Shown here in pieces: positions 9,585 to 18,598 of a DNA stretch of 64,000 bases (positions are counted from its first letter, which is position 1; each line of letters opens with the position of its first letter). Under the pieces are notes generated by a model. That model saw nothing but the letters and a program-made list of their open reading frames with translations, had not been told where the DNA came from and ran no database searches. The position numbers and the translations under genes are program-made. Source of the stretch: Clostridia bacterium (GTDB lineage: Bacteria; Bacillota; Clostridia; Christensenellales; Borkfalkiaceae). The stretch is taken from assembly GCA_017463105.1 (NCBI GenBank), contig JAFTPU010000013.1, positions 25,769-89,768 on the forward strand, written 5' to 3'.

Positions 9585-10271
9585 TTACGCTTTCTCCACG
9601 CTCATCACGTAAAGCACGTTCTTTTTCACGCGGAATTTTATCTCCAACCCCGCAAACGCCATACCGTAAACGCGGTCGGGTTCGTCCTGATAGGAGGGAC
9701 GGGGATCGTCCGCGAGACATTCGATCAAGCCCGCGCGCTTCTCCTTGGGTACGGGTTCCAAAAGCTTTTCGGGGAAATCCACCGCCAATTTTTCGTTTTC
9801 GTGTTCGTCGGCGTATCCGCCCACGGCGTTTATTTTACAGTCGGCAAAGGGGAGATACGGTTTGATATCGAACACGGGCGTGCCGTCCAGAAGATCCGCG
9901 CCCGAAACGATCAATTCGACTCCGTTTTCCGTGCGCTCGACGCCCTCCAGCTTCACGCAGGAAAGCCCGATATGATTGGGGCGGAAAGGGGAGCGGCTGG
10001 CGAAAACGCCCACGCGCTTATTCCCGCCGAGGCGCGGCGGACGGACGGTCGGAGACCAGCCCTTGTCGCGCGTTAAGGAGAAATCGAACAACAGCCAAAG
10101 ATGGGAAAAGCCCTCTATCTCCCGCACGCAGTCGGGAGAACGGAATTCGGGCGTAAACACAATACGCGCAAAGAGAGAAGGCGCTCTGCCGCTTTGGCGG
10201 GGAATACCGAATTTTTCTTTGAAGTCGGTGTAAACGTGCGCGATAGGGGTGAGAAGATATTTCTTTTCCAT
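9585..10271 (-). CDS. trmO: tRNA (t6A37-N6)-methyltransferase TrmO (TsaA/YaeB family)
   Basis: 228 aa from MEKKYLLTPIAHVYTDFKEKFGIPRQSG..., with RSPFRPNHIG and DGTPVFDIKPY motifs. The listed 440-aa ORF (to 10907) is an antisense read-through of metF, so I placed the start at ATG 10271. Confidence 0.85.
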   Translation of the reverse strand: MEKKYLLTPIAHVYTDFKEKFGIPRQSGRAPSLFARIVFTPEFRSPDCVREIEGFSHLWLLFDFSLTRDKGWSPTVRPPRLGGNKRVGVFASRSPFRPNHIGLSCVKLEGVERTENGVELIVSGADLLDGTPVFDIKPYLPFADCKINAVGGYADEHENEKLAVDFPEKLLEPVPKEKRAGLIECLADDPRPSYQDEPDRVYGMAFAGLEIKFRVKKNVLYVMSVEKA

Positions 10272-10344
10272 ACCGTCATTATAAACCGTTTGATCTTGTT
10301 TGTCAAGCAAACAAAAAAAAACCGAAAAAATTGCGTTAAAAGTC

Positions 10345-10373
10345 TTGAAATAGTTTGCCGTTTGTAGTATAAT
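10345..10373 (+). promoter_or_regulatory. sigma-70-type promoter of the metF operon
   Basis: TTGAAA (10345-10350), a 17-nt spacer, then TATAAT (10368-10373). The leader is short (~40 nt), which leaves no room for a riboswitch. Confidence 0.6.
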
Positions 10374-10415
10374 GGATAATGAAAAAATATGCGGTATTTT
10401 TTGAGGTAAAAACAA

Positions 10416-11300
10416 ATGAAGCTTACGAAAATTTTCGAAAAGAACGAATATTCCCTGTCCTTCGAGGTGTTTCCGCCCAAGACGGACGACGTGTACGACA
10501 GCGTAAAGACGGCGACGGAGGAGATCGCGCGGCTCAAGCCCTCGTTTATGAGCGTGACCTACGGCGCGGGCGGCGGTACGAGCAAGTATACGCTGAAGAT
10601 CGCGGAAGAGATCGCGCGCGAGCACGACGTTCCTTCGCTTGCCCATCTCACCTGCGTGTCGTCGACGAAAGAGACGGTGCGGGCGCGTATCGAGGATTTC
10701 AAAAACGCGGGCGTCGAAAACGTCATGGCGCTCCGCGGGGATATCCCCCAAAGCATGCAGGAGGAGAACAGAGCGAATTGGGACTACCGTCACGCGGTCG
10801 ATCTGATCGCCGAGCTGAAAGCAAGCGGCGCGGATTTTTGTATCGGCGGGGCGTGCTATCCCGAGGTGCATCCCGAGAGCGGCTCGCAGAAAGAGGATAT
10901 CCGCCATTTAAAAGAAAAGGTCGAGGCGGGTTGCGAGTTTTTGACCACGCAGATGTTTTTCGATAATAATTTATTATACAATTTCCTGTATAAAATTCGC
11001 GAGGCGGGGATCACCGTGCCCGTGATCGCGGGGATCATGCCGATTACGAACGCGAAGCAGGTGGAGCGCGCGATCAAGCTTTCGGGCTCGTTCATGCCCC
11101 AAAGGTTCAAGAGTCTCGTGGATAAATTCGGCGGCGACCCTGCGGCGATGAAACAGGCAGGCATTGCGTATGCGACCGATCAGATCATCGATCTGTATGC
11201 GAACGGAGTCAATCACGTGCACGTGTATTCGATGAACAAGCCCGACGTGGCGGCGAAGATACAGAGCAATCTCTCGGATATTTTGGGCAAAAATGCTTGA
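10416..11300 (+). CDS. metF: 5,10-methylenetetrahydrofolate reductase
   Basis: 294 aa. The MTHFR pattern runs throughout (SFEVFPPKT, SVTYGAGG, HLTC, ALRGD, and the CYPE..HPES region). Confidence 0.9.
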   Translation: MKLTKIFEKNEYSLSFEVFPPKTDDVYDSVKTATEEIARLKPSFMSVTYGAGGGTSKYTLKIAEEIAREHDVPSLAHLTCVSSTKETVRARIEDFKNAGVENVMALRGDIPQSMQEENRANWDYRHAVDLIAELKASGADFCIGGACYPEVHPESGSQKEDIRHLKEKVEAGCEFLTTQMFFDNNLLYNFLYKIREAGITVPVIAGIMPITNAKQVERAIKLSGSFMPQRFKSLVDKFGGDPAAMKQAGIAYATDQIIDLYANGVNHVHVYSMNKPDVAAKIQSNLSDILGKNA

Positions 11301-11970
11301 CGGCGTGTTTATCGAAAATTACGCCGCGCCGCCCGTGGACGAGCGGGAGATACTCCGATATGCGGGGAACAAGGCGGACGCGGACGAGAGCTTGAAAAAG
11401 CTCCTCGACGAGTGCTTGCGCGAGTGCTTGCCCGTGCTTTCCTATCGCGTGTGTTACGCCGTGGGAAAGGCGCGGGAGCTCGAAGAGACTTTCGGCGGGG
11501 AATATAAGGGCACGCTGTTGACGAGGCGGCTTTGCGGCGCGGAATACGCGGCGGCGTTCGCGGCGACGGTGGGTTTGGGTATCGATCGGCTGATCCTGCG
11601 GTATACGGAGGTCGCGCCGACGAAAGCGCTGTTATTGCAGGCGATCGGCGCGGAGCGGATCGAGGCGCTTTGCGACGCGTTTTGCAAGGATATGCAAACG
11701 GAATGGGCGACGAAAGGCTTTAAGGTCGGCGCGCGGTTCAGCGCGGGCTACGGCGATTTTCCGCTGACGGCGCAAAGGAAGATATTCGCTTTGCTTTCGC
11801 CCGAGCGCAGGATAGGTCTGACGCTGAACGGTTCGCTTCTTATGACCCCGACGAAGTCGGTGACGGCGATCGTACCGATCGGCGGGAACGCAACGCTAAG
11901 CGGCGGTTGCGCGGAATGTGAGCTGAAAGAATGTGAAATGAGGGGCGGCGTAAGAGGTCAAGGAACTTAG
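11293..11970 (+). CDS. stand-alone methionine synthase activation (AdoMet-binding/reactivation) domain protein
   Basis: 225 aa matching the MetH activation-domain pattern (RFSAGYGDFPL..Q..IF.LL...IGL.L..S.LM.P.KS). It overlaps the metF stop by 8 nt. Its last codons and stop lie inside repeat E1. Confidence 0.75.
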   Translation: MLDGVFIENYAAPPVDEREILRYAGNKADADESLKKLLDECLRECLPVLSYRVCYAVGKARELEETFGGEYKGTLLTRRLCGAEYAAAFAATVGLGIDRLILRYTEVAPTKALLLQAIGAERIEALCDAFCKDMQTEWATKGFKVGARFSAGYGDFPLTAQRKIFALLSPERRIGLTLNGSLLMTPTKSVTAIVPIGGNATLSGGCAECELKECEMRGGVRGQGT

Positions 11971-12211
11971 TTCCTTGCGGATTGTAAAGGCAGAGCCTTT
12001 ACGCCTCGACGGCAGTCGCCGTCCGTAGGGCGGAAGAATGCCCTCTCGAAAGCAAAACGAAGTTTTGCATTACTATGCCGAAAGGCGTAAAGCGCAAGCC
12101 CGCTTGCGTTGATCGCTTACGCGGTAGTGGCAAATCAAAGATTTGCTATTTGGGGTTGATTATGCGAGGGCTCCGCCCTCAACCTCCCGCAAGGGACAAT
12201 GTCCCTTGACC
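11956..12211. repeat. multi-hairpin intergenic element E1 (head-to-head dimer, 11 consecutive hairpins)
   Basis: The ends are inverted: GGTCAAGGAAC-TTA-GTTCCTTGCGG ... CCGCAAGGGAC-AAT-GTCCCTTGACC. The right arm read on the reverse strand aligns hairpin-by-hairpin with E2 and E3. Confidence 0.85.
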
Positions 12212-12236
12212 CTTAATGAAAAAGAGATAAAGTGTT

Positions 12237-14660
12237 ATGAACGTAAGAGAATTTTTACAAAATAATATCGTCGTTTTGGACGGCGGGACGGGCACGTTGT
12301 TGCAGGCGGCGGGATTGCCGCTCGGGGAGCTTCCCGAACGTTGGAATATTACGCACGCGGACGTCGTTGCCGATATCCACCGCGCGTATTTCGACGCGGG
12401 CAGTAACGTCGTTTGTACGAACACCTTTGGCGCGAACGCGCTGAAATTCGACGGGGCGGAGCTGGAAAAAATCGTTGCTTCCGCCGTTGCGAACGCGCGT
12501 AAGGGCGCGGAGCTTTCTAAAGGCAAACAGCCGAAATTCGTCGCGCTCGATATCGGACCGTCGGGAAAACTGTTGAAGCCGTACGGCGATTTCGCGTTCG
12601 AGGAAGCCGTCGCGCTGTTTGCGAAAACGGTAAAGCTCGGCGTGAAATACGGGGTCGATCTCGTCTTTATCGAGACGATGGGCGACAGCTATGAAACGAA
12701 AGCGGCGCTTCTTGCTGTGAAAGAAAATTCCGAATTGCCCGTGTTCGTGTCCAATGCGTACGGCGGCGACGGAAAGCTGATGACGGGCGCGACGCCCGCC
12801 GCGATGGTCGCCATGCTCGAAAGCATGGGCGCAGACGCGATCGGGGCGAATTGCTCGCTCGGTCCCAAACAGCTCGCGCCTGTGGCGGAGGAGCTTCTCG
12901 CAAAAGCCTCCGTACCCGTTCTGATCAAGCCCAACGCGGGGTTGCCGCAGACGGACGGCGCGCGCACCTACTACGATGTGGACGAAAAAGAATTTGCGGC
13001 GGAGCTCGTTGCGCTTGTGAAAAAAGGCGTGCGCGTAATCGGCGGCTGCTGCGGAACGACGCCCGCATATATCGGGGAAACGGCGAAGGTGCTTGCGGGC
13101 GTTTCGCCTTTGCCTCTGACGGAAAAGAATATCGCTTGCGTGTCCTCGTATACGCACGCGGTGGAGTTCGATAAGCCGCTTCTTATCGGCGAGCGTATCA
13201 ACCCGACGGGCAAGAAACGCTTCAAACAGGCGCTTTTGGACGGCGAGACCGATTACGCGTTGAACGAGGCACTGTCCCAACGGGATAAGGGCGCGCAGCT
13301 CCTCGACGTAAACGTGGGATTGCCGGGGATAGACGAAAGGAAAACGCTTACCGAATATATCGAAAAGATCCAAGCGGTCGTCGATCTGCCTTTACAGATC
13401 GACACCTCCGATCCCGTCGCGCTCGAAAGCGCGCTCCGCGCGTATAACGGCAAACCGCTCGTCAATTCGGTGAACGGGAAACGAGAAAGCATGGACGCCG
13501 TGTTCCCGCTTGTGAAAAAATACGGCGGAGCGGTGGTGGCGCTGACGCTCGACGAAAACGGGATACCCGAAACTTGGGAGGGGCGCGTGGCGATCGCCGA
13601 AAAGATCGTAAACGAAGCGGCGAGGTACGGGATAAAAAAGAAGGACGTTTTCGTGGATACGCTGACGATGTCGGTGGCGACGGACAAAAACGCCGCCCGC
13701 ACGACCCTTTCCGCCTTGCGCTTCGTTTCACGTGAAATGGGTCTGCACAGCGTACTCGGCGTTTCCAACGTATCGTTCGGGCTTCCCGCCCGCGAAACGG
13801 TGAACGCGTCCTTTTTCGCGCTCGCGCTGGAAAACGGATTGTCGGCGGCGATCCTGAACCCCGCTTCCGTGGAAATGCAAAAGACCTATCGCGCGTTTCT
13901 CGCGCTCAACGGCACGGACGAAAACTGCGGGGAGTATATCCGTTTCGCCACGGAAATTTTACCCGCCGCAACGCCCGCGACCGTTTCCGCGGCTCCGCCC
14001 GCACCGAGCGGAACGGAGGGCGGCTCGCCCTTGCAGACGGCGATCTCGGAGGGCTTGAAGGACCGTGCGACGGCGCTTTGCAAGGAGCTGTTGCAAGAAG
14101 TTTCCCCTTTGGAGATCGTAAACGGCGAGATCGTGCCCGCGCTGGATACCGTCGGTAAGGCGTACGAGGAAAAACGGGCGTATCTGCCCCGACTTTTAAT
14201 GAGCGCGGAAGCGGCGAAATGCGCATTCGAGGTCATTAAAAACCATATGCTTTCCACGGGCGAAACGCAGACGAAAAAATGCAAATTCGTGATCGCCACC
14301 GTGAAAGGGGATATCCACGATATCGGGAAAAATATCGTCAGAACGTTGCTCGAAAATTACGGCTTCGACGTCGTCGACCTCGGACGGGACGTTCCGCCCG
14401 AAACGGTGCTCGAAGCGGTGCGAACGCACGGCGCGCCCCTCGTCGGGCTGTCCGCGTTGATGACGACCACCGTGCCCTCGATGGAGGAAACGATCGGATT
14501 ATTGAAAGCGCACGCGCCCGCGTGCAAGATCGTCGTGGGCGGCGCGGTGCTCAATAGAGAGTACGCGGAAAAGATCGGCGCGGACGCATACGCGAAAGAC
14601 GGCATGGAAACGGTACGTTACGCCGAAAAGATATACGCGGATTTATGCAAAAATAAATGA
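12237..14660 (+). CDS. metH: cobalamin-dependent methionine synthase (Hcy-binding, pterin-binding, cap and B12-binding modules; no activation domain)
   Basis: 807 aa. The N-terminal Hcy S-methyltransferase domain contains GGCCGTTP. The B12-binding motifs are GDIHDIGKNIV (DxHxxG), SALMTTT and VGGAVL. Confidence 0.92.
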   Translation: MNVREFLQNNIVVLDGGTGTLLQAAGLPLGELPERWNITHADVVADIHRAYFDAGSNVVCTNTFGANALKFDGAELEKIVASAVANARKGAELSKGKQPKFVALDIGPSGKLLKPYGDFAFEEAVALFAKTVKLGVKYGVDLVFIETMGDSYETKAALLAVKENSELPVFVSNAYGGDGKLMTGATPAAMVAMLESMGADAIGANCSLGPKQLAPVAEELLAKASVPVLIKPNAGLPQTDGARTYYDVDEKEFAAELVALVKKGVRVIGGCCGTTPAYIGETAKVLAGVSPLPLTEKNIACVSSYTHAVEFDKPLLIGERINPTGKKRFKQALLDGETDYALNEALSQRDKGAQLLDVNVGLPGIDERKTLTEYIEKIQAVVDLPLQIDTSDPVALESALRAYNGKPLVNSVNGKRESMDAVFPLVKKYGGAVVALTLDENGIPETWEGRVAIAEKIVNEAARYGIKKKDVFVDTLTMSVATDKNAARTTLSALRFVSREMGLHSVLGVSNVSFGLPARETVNASFFALALENGLSAAILNPASVEMQKTYRAFLALNGTDENCGEYIRFATEILPAATPATVSAAPPAPSGTEGGSPLQTAISEGLKDRATALCKELLQEVSPLEIVNGEIVPALDTVGKAYEEKRAYLPRLLMSAEAAKCAFEVIKNHMLSTGETQTKKCKFVIATVKGDIHDIGKNIVRTLLENYGFDVVDLGRDVPPETVLEAVRTHGAPLVGLSALMTTTVPSMEETIGLLKAHAPACKIVVGGAVLNREYAEKIGADAYAKDGMETVRYAEKIYADLCKNK

Positions 14661-14796
14661 TTTATGCAAGTTTTATACAATTATGCACGATATTCGCAAA
14701 ATATACGGAAAATATTTAAAATAAATGCATAAAAATGTTTGACATGCGGAGAAACGGGGCGTATAATAAAGGTATAAGATGAATATTTAAACACGC
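14641..14796 (+). promoter_or_regulatory. argG promoter with putative ArgR (ARG-box-like) operators
   Basis: TTGACA (14739-14744), a 17-nt spacer, then TATAAT (14762-14767). AT-rich TTATGCA/AATGCATAAAAAT boxes repeat four times upstream and over the -35. ATGAATATTTAAACAC (14779-14794) sits just after the -10 and resembles the TGAATAAAAATTCA consensus. Confidence 0.45.
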
Positions 14797-14824
14797 AGGA
14801 CGACGCGTGAAGGAGAAAAATAAT

Positions 14825-16054
14825 ATGGATAAGAAAGATATCAAAAAAGTAGTGCTTGCCTATTCGGGCGGTCTGGACACTTCGATCATTATTCCTTGGC
14901 TCAAGGAAAATTACAACAACTGCGAAGTTATCGCGGTAAGCGCGAACGTCGGTCAGGCGGACGAGCTGGAGGGCTTGGAGGAGAAAGCGATCAAGACGGG
15001 TGCGTCGAAGCTTTACGTCGAGGACCTTACGGACGAGTTCGTGGACGATTACGTCGTTCCCACGATGATGGCGGGTGCGAAATACGAGGAATACCTGCTC
15101 GGTACGTCGTTTGCGCGTCCCGTGATCGCGAAGCGTATCGTCGAGATCGCGAAAAAGGAAGGCGCGGACGCGATCTGCCACGGCTGTACGGGTAAGGGTA
15201 ACGATCAGGTGCGTTTCGAGCTGACGATCAAAGCGTTTGCACCCGATATGCCCATCATCGCGCCTTGGAGAGAATGGTCGATCAAATCGCGTGAAGAGGA
15301 AATCGACTATGCGGAAGCGCACAACGTGCCTTTGAAGATCAACCGCGAAACGAACTATTCGAAGGATAAGAACCTTTGGCATTTGAGCCACGAGGGTCTC
15401 GACCTCGAGGACGCGGGCAACGAGCCGCAGTATGAAAAGGAAGGCTTCCTCGAGCTTGGCGTATCGCCTTTACAGGCGCCCGATAAGCCCACGTATATCA
15501 CGCTGGAATTCGAAAAGGGCAGACCCGTTGCGCTCGACGGCAAGAAGATGAGCGCGAAAGAGATCATTCTCGCTCTCAACGAAGTGGGCGGCAAAAACGG
15601 TATCGGTCTTTTGGATATCGTAGAGAACCGTTTGGTCGGCATGAAGTGTCGCGGCGTATACGAGACCCCCGGCGGCGAGATCCTGTATGCGGCGCACAGC
15701 TACCTCGAAACGCTTTGCCTCGATAAGTACACGGCGCACAAAAAGCAGGAGCTTTCCGTATGCTTTGCGGAGCTCGTCTATAACGGACAGTGGTTTACCC
15801 CGCTCCGTGAAGCGTTGTCGGCGTTCGTGGACAAAACGCAGGAAAACGTTACGGGTAAAGTGAAATTGAAGCTTTACAAGGGCAATATCATCAAAGCGGG
15901 CGCATGGAGCGACTATTCGCTGTACTCGGAAGAGATCGCGACGTTCGGTGAGGATCACGTTTACAACCAAGCGGACGCGACGGGCTTTATCAACCTGTTC
16001 GGTTTGCCCATCAAGGTGCAGGCGCAGGTCAATGAGAAAAACGCGAAAAAGTAA
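14825..16054 (+). CDS. argG: argininosuccinate synthase
   Basis: [12 protein letters not shown]-binding motif with full-length similarity. I moved the start to ATG 14825, preceded by AAGGAG; the listed ORF begins at GTG 14807. Confidence 0.95.
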   Translation: MDKKDIKKVVLAYSGGLDTSIIIPWLKENYNNCEVIAVSANVGQADELEGLEEKAIKTGASKLYVEDLTDEFVDDYVVPTMMAGAKYEEYLLGTSFARPVIAKRIVEIAKKEGADAICHGCTGKGNDQVRFELTIKAFAPDMPIIAPWREWSIKSREEEIDYAEAHNVPLKINRETNYSKDKNLWHLSHEGLDLEDAGNEPQYEKEGFLELGVSPLQAPDKPTYITLEFEKGRPVALDGKKMSAKEIILALNEVGGKNGIGLLDIVENRLVGMKCRGVYETPGGEILYAAHSYLETLCLDKYTAHKKQELSVCFAELVYNGQWFTPLREALSAFVDKTQENVTGKVKLKLYKGNIIKAGAWSDYSLYSEEIATFGEDHVYNQADATGFINLFGLPIKVQAQVNEKNAKK

Positions 16055-16076
16055 GTAAAACGCTTTAACGGTAAAG

Positions 16077-16247
16077 GGTCAAGGGACGTTGTCCCTTGCG
16101 GGAGGTTGAGGACGGAATCCTCGCATAATCAGCCCCAAGATAAGCAAAGCGGAGCTTTGCGCCCTTACCGCGAAGCGGTCAATGCGATTTATCGCAAGAA
16201 AAAAATAAAAACGGAGAAACCTTGCCTACTGCTATGCGGTAGGCAAA
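16077..16247 (+). repeat. multi-hairpin intergenic element E2
   Basis: It contains six hairpins: 16080-16098, 16108-16122, 16144-16160, 16167-16179, 16183-16196 and 16222-16246. The first 55 nt are nearly identical to the reverse strand of E1. Confidence 0.85.
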
Positions 16248-16259
16248 AGGTATTTAATA

Positions 16260-17645
16260 ATGGCTATGGAAAAAATGTGGGCGGGACGCTTCCAAAAAGC
16301 GCTCGATAAAAAGGCGGACGATTTCAATTCTTCCCTTCGGTTCGATTGCCGTATGTACGCGCAGGACATCAAGGGCTCGATGGCGCACGCCGCCATGCTT
16401 GCCAAGCAAGGTATCCTTCCGCAGTCGGAGGTCGATCTCATCATCGACGGCTTGGAGGGGATACTTCGCGATATCGACGCGGGCAAGCTCGCTTTTGACG
16501 GCGACGCGGAGGATATCCATATGTTTATCGAAGCGGAGCTCACCAAGCGTATCGGCGACGCGGGTAAGCGTTTGCACACCGCGAGGAGCCGTAACGATCA
16601 GGTGGCGGTCGATATCCGTTTATATCTCCGCGACGAGGCGGAAACGGTCGTTTCGCTGATCGCAGAGTTGGTGAAAGCGGTGACGGATAAGGCGGAGGAA
16701 AGCGCGGATATCATCGCGCCGGGGTATACGCATTTGCAACGCGCGCAGCCTATTTCGTTCGGACATCAGTTGGCGGCGTACGCGATGATGTTGCTTCGCG
16801 ATATTTCTCGGATAAAGGACGCCGTCAAGCGTATGAACTATTCGCCTTTGGGAAGCTGCGCTTTGGCGGGCACGACCTATCCCACCGACCGTGCGTTCGC
16901 GGCGCAGAAGCTCGGCTTCGACGGGATCGTGCAAAACAGTATCGACGGCGTATCCGATCGCGATTTCTGCGTGGAGCTGATGAGCGCGTTCGCCGTTTTG
17001 ATGATGCACCTTTCCCGTTTTTCCGAAGAGATCGTTTTATGGTCGAGCTGGGAATTCAAATTCATCGAGCTGGACGATTCGTATACGACGGGTTCGTCGA
17101 TCATGCCGCAAAAGAAAAACCCCGATATGGCGGAGCTGGTACGCGGCAAAACGGGCAGAGTCTACGGAAATTTAATGGCGCTTCTGACCACGCTCAAAGG
17201 TTTGCCGCTTGCATATAATAAGGATATGCAGGAGGATAAGGAAGCGATTTTCGATTCTTTGGATACGGTGAAAATGTGTCTGGAGGTGTTCGCGCCCATG
17301 ATCGCGACGATGAAAGTGAACGGCGAAAACACCTACCGTGCGGCGCAGAAAGGCTTTATCAACGCGACCGACCTTGCCGATTATCTTGCGAAAAAGGGCA
17401 TGCCTTTCCGCGCGGCGTACAAGATCGTGGGGCAGATCGTTGCGGCGTGTATCGAAAAGGATCGCGTGCTGGATAATTTCCCGCTCGAGGAATACAAAAA
17501 ATACAGCGAGCTGTTCGAGGAAGATCTGTATGACGAGATCTCGCTCGAAACGTGCGTGAACAAACGCACGTCTGCGGGCGGCGCTTCGCCTTCGTCGGTG
17601 AAAACGCAGGTCGCGTACGTGAAAGAGGAATTGAAAAAGATATGA
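16260..17645 (+). CDS. argH: argininosuccinate lyase
   Basis: 461 aa with the fumarate-lyase signature GSSIMPQKKNPD. Confidence 0.95.
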   Translation: MAMEKMWAGRFQKALDKKADDFNSSLRFDCRMYAQDIKGSMAHAAMLAKQGILPQSEVDLIIDGLEGILRDIDAGKLAFDGDAEDIHMFIEAELTKRIGDAGKRLHTARSRNDQVAVDIRLYLRDEAETVVSLIAELVKAVTDKAEESADIIAPGYTHLQRAQPISFGHQLAAYAMMLLRDISRIKDAVKRMNYSPLGSCALAGTTYPTDRAFAAQKLGFDGIVQNSIDGVSDRDFCVELMSAFAVLMMHLSRFSEEIVLWSSWEFKFIELDDSYTTGSSIMPQKKNPDMAELVRGKTGRVYGNLMALLTTLKGLPLAYNKDMQEDKEAIFDSLDTVKMCLEVFAPMIATMKVNGENTYRAAQKGFINATDLADYLAKKGMPFRAAYKIVGQIVAACIEKDRVLDNFPLEEYKKYSELFEEDLYDEISLETCVNKRTSAGGASPSSVKTQVAYVKEELKKI

Positions 17646-18568
17646 AGAAGATATTTATAGACGGTAGCGCGGGTACGACGGGGCTTCGGATATACGAACG
17701 GATCGGCGCGCGGGACGATTTGGAAATGATCGTTTTGCCCGACGAGGTGCGGAAAGACCCCGCGGCGAGAAAGGAAGCGATCAATTCGGCGGACGTGGCG
17801 TTTTTGTGTTTGCCCGACGACGCGGCGAGAGAATCCGTTTCGCTTGTGGAAAACCCGTCCGTGACGGTGATCGATACGAGTACGGCGCACAGGACCCTGC
17901 CCGATTGGGCGTACGGATTTCCCGAGCTTTCGAAAGCGCACGAGGAGAAGATCCTATCCTCCAAACGGATCGCCGTTCCCGGATGTCACGCGAGCGGGTT
18001 TATCGCGCTCGTATATCCTTTGATCGAGGCGGGCGTGCTGGATAAAAACGCGCTTTTGAGCTGTCATTCGTTGACGGGATATTCGGGCGGCGGAAAGAAA
18101 ATGATCGCCGAATACGAGGATAAAAACCGTAGCCCGCTTTTGGGCGCGCCCCGCCATTATGCATTGCCGCAACAGCACAAGCATTTAAAGGAAATGCAGG
18201 CGATCACGGGGATCGCGAACGCGCCCGTATTCTGTCCGATCGTCGCCGACTTTTACAGCGGCATGCTGGTGAGCGTGCCCTTGTTTGCGAGTCAGCTTAA
18301 AGGAACGATAGAAGATATCAAGTCGATCTACGCGAAGAAATACGGCGGCGGATTGGTGCAATATAAAGAAGCCGTCGACGAATCGGGATTCGTATCTGCG
18401 CTTACGCTGTCGGGCAAAGACAGTATGCAGGTGACGGTGACGGGCAATAGCGAGCGCACGGTATTGATGGCGGCGTACGACAATCTCGGCAAAGGCGCTT
18501 CGGGCGCGGCGGTCGAATGTATGAACCTTGCCCTCGGCTGCAACAGGACCAAAGGCTTGGTATTATAA
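17642..18568 (+). CDS. argC: N-acetyl-gamma-glutamyl-phosphate reductase
   Basis: It starts MKKIFIDGSAGTTGLRI and has the active-site Cys in VPGCHASG. The ATGA overlap with the argH stop supports a start at 17642. Confidence 0.9.
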   Translation: MKKIFIDGSAGTTGLRIYERIGARDDLEMIVLPDEVRKDPAARKEAINSADVAFLCLPDDAARESVSLVENPSVTVIDTSTAHRTLPDWAYGFPELSKAHEEKILSSKRIAVPGCHASGFIALVYPLIEAGVLDKNALLSCHSLTGYSGGGKKMIAEYEDKNRSPLLGAPRHYALPQQHKHLKEMQAITGIANAPVFCPIVADFYSGMLVSVPLFASQLKGTIEDIKSIYAKKYGGGLVQYKEAVDESGFVSALTLSGKDSMQVTVTGNSERTVLMAAYDNLGKGASGAAVECMNLALGCNRTKGLVL

Positions 18569-18598
18569 CCACACACAAAACAACGGAGAAAGAAAGAT

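Noticed and set aside
10272-10907. N-terminal 212-aa extension of the listed 440-aa ORF 9585-10907(-).
   Set aside because: The extension runs antisense through the metF promoter and metF coding region and has no TrmO homology. TrmO homology begins at MEKKYLL (ATG 10271).
11971-12236. A cobalamin or SAM riboswitch in the structured spacer upstream of metH.
   Set aside because: The same hairpin architecture recurs between argG/argH and argJ/argB, where such riboswitches make no sense. I see no B12-box or S-box conserved core. The spacer is also internal to the operon, not a 5' leader.
16106-16309. The 67-aa ORF inside element E2, and similar short ORFs across E1 and E3.
   Set aside because: It reads through palindromic repeat DNA, has no RBS, overlaps the argH start, and is not conserved in frame between the copies.
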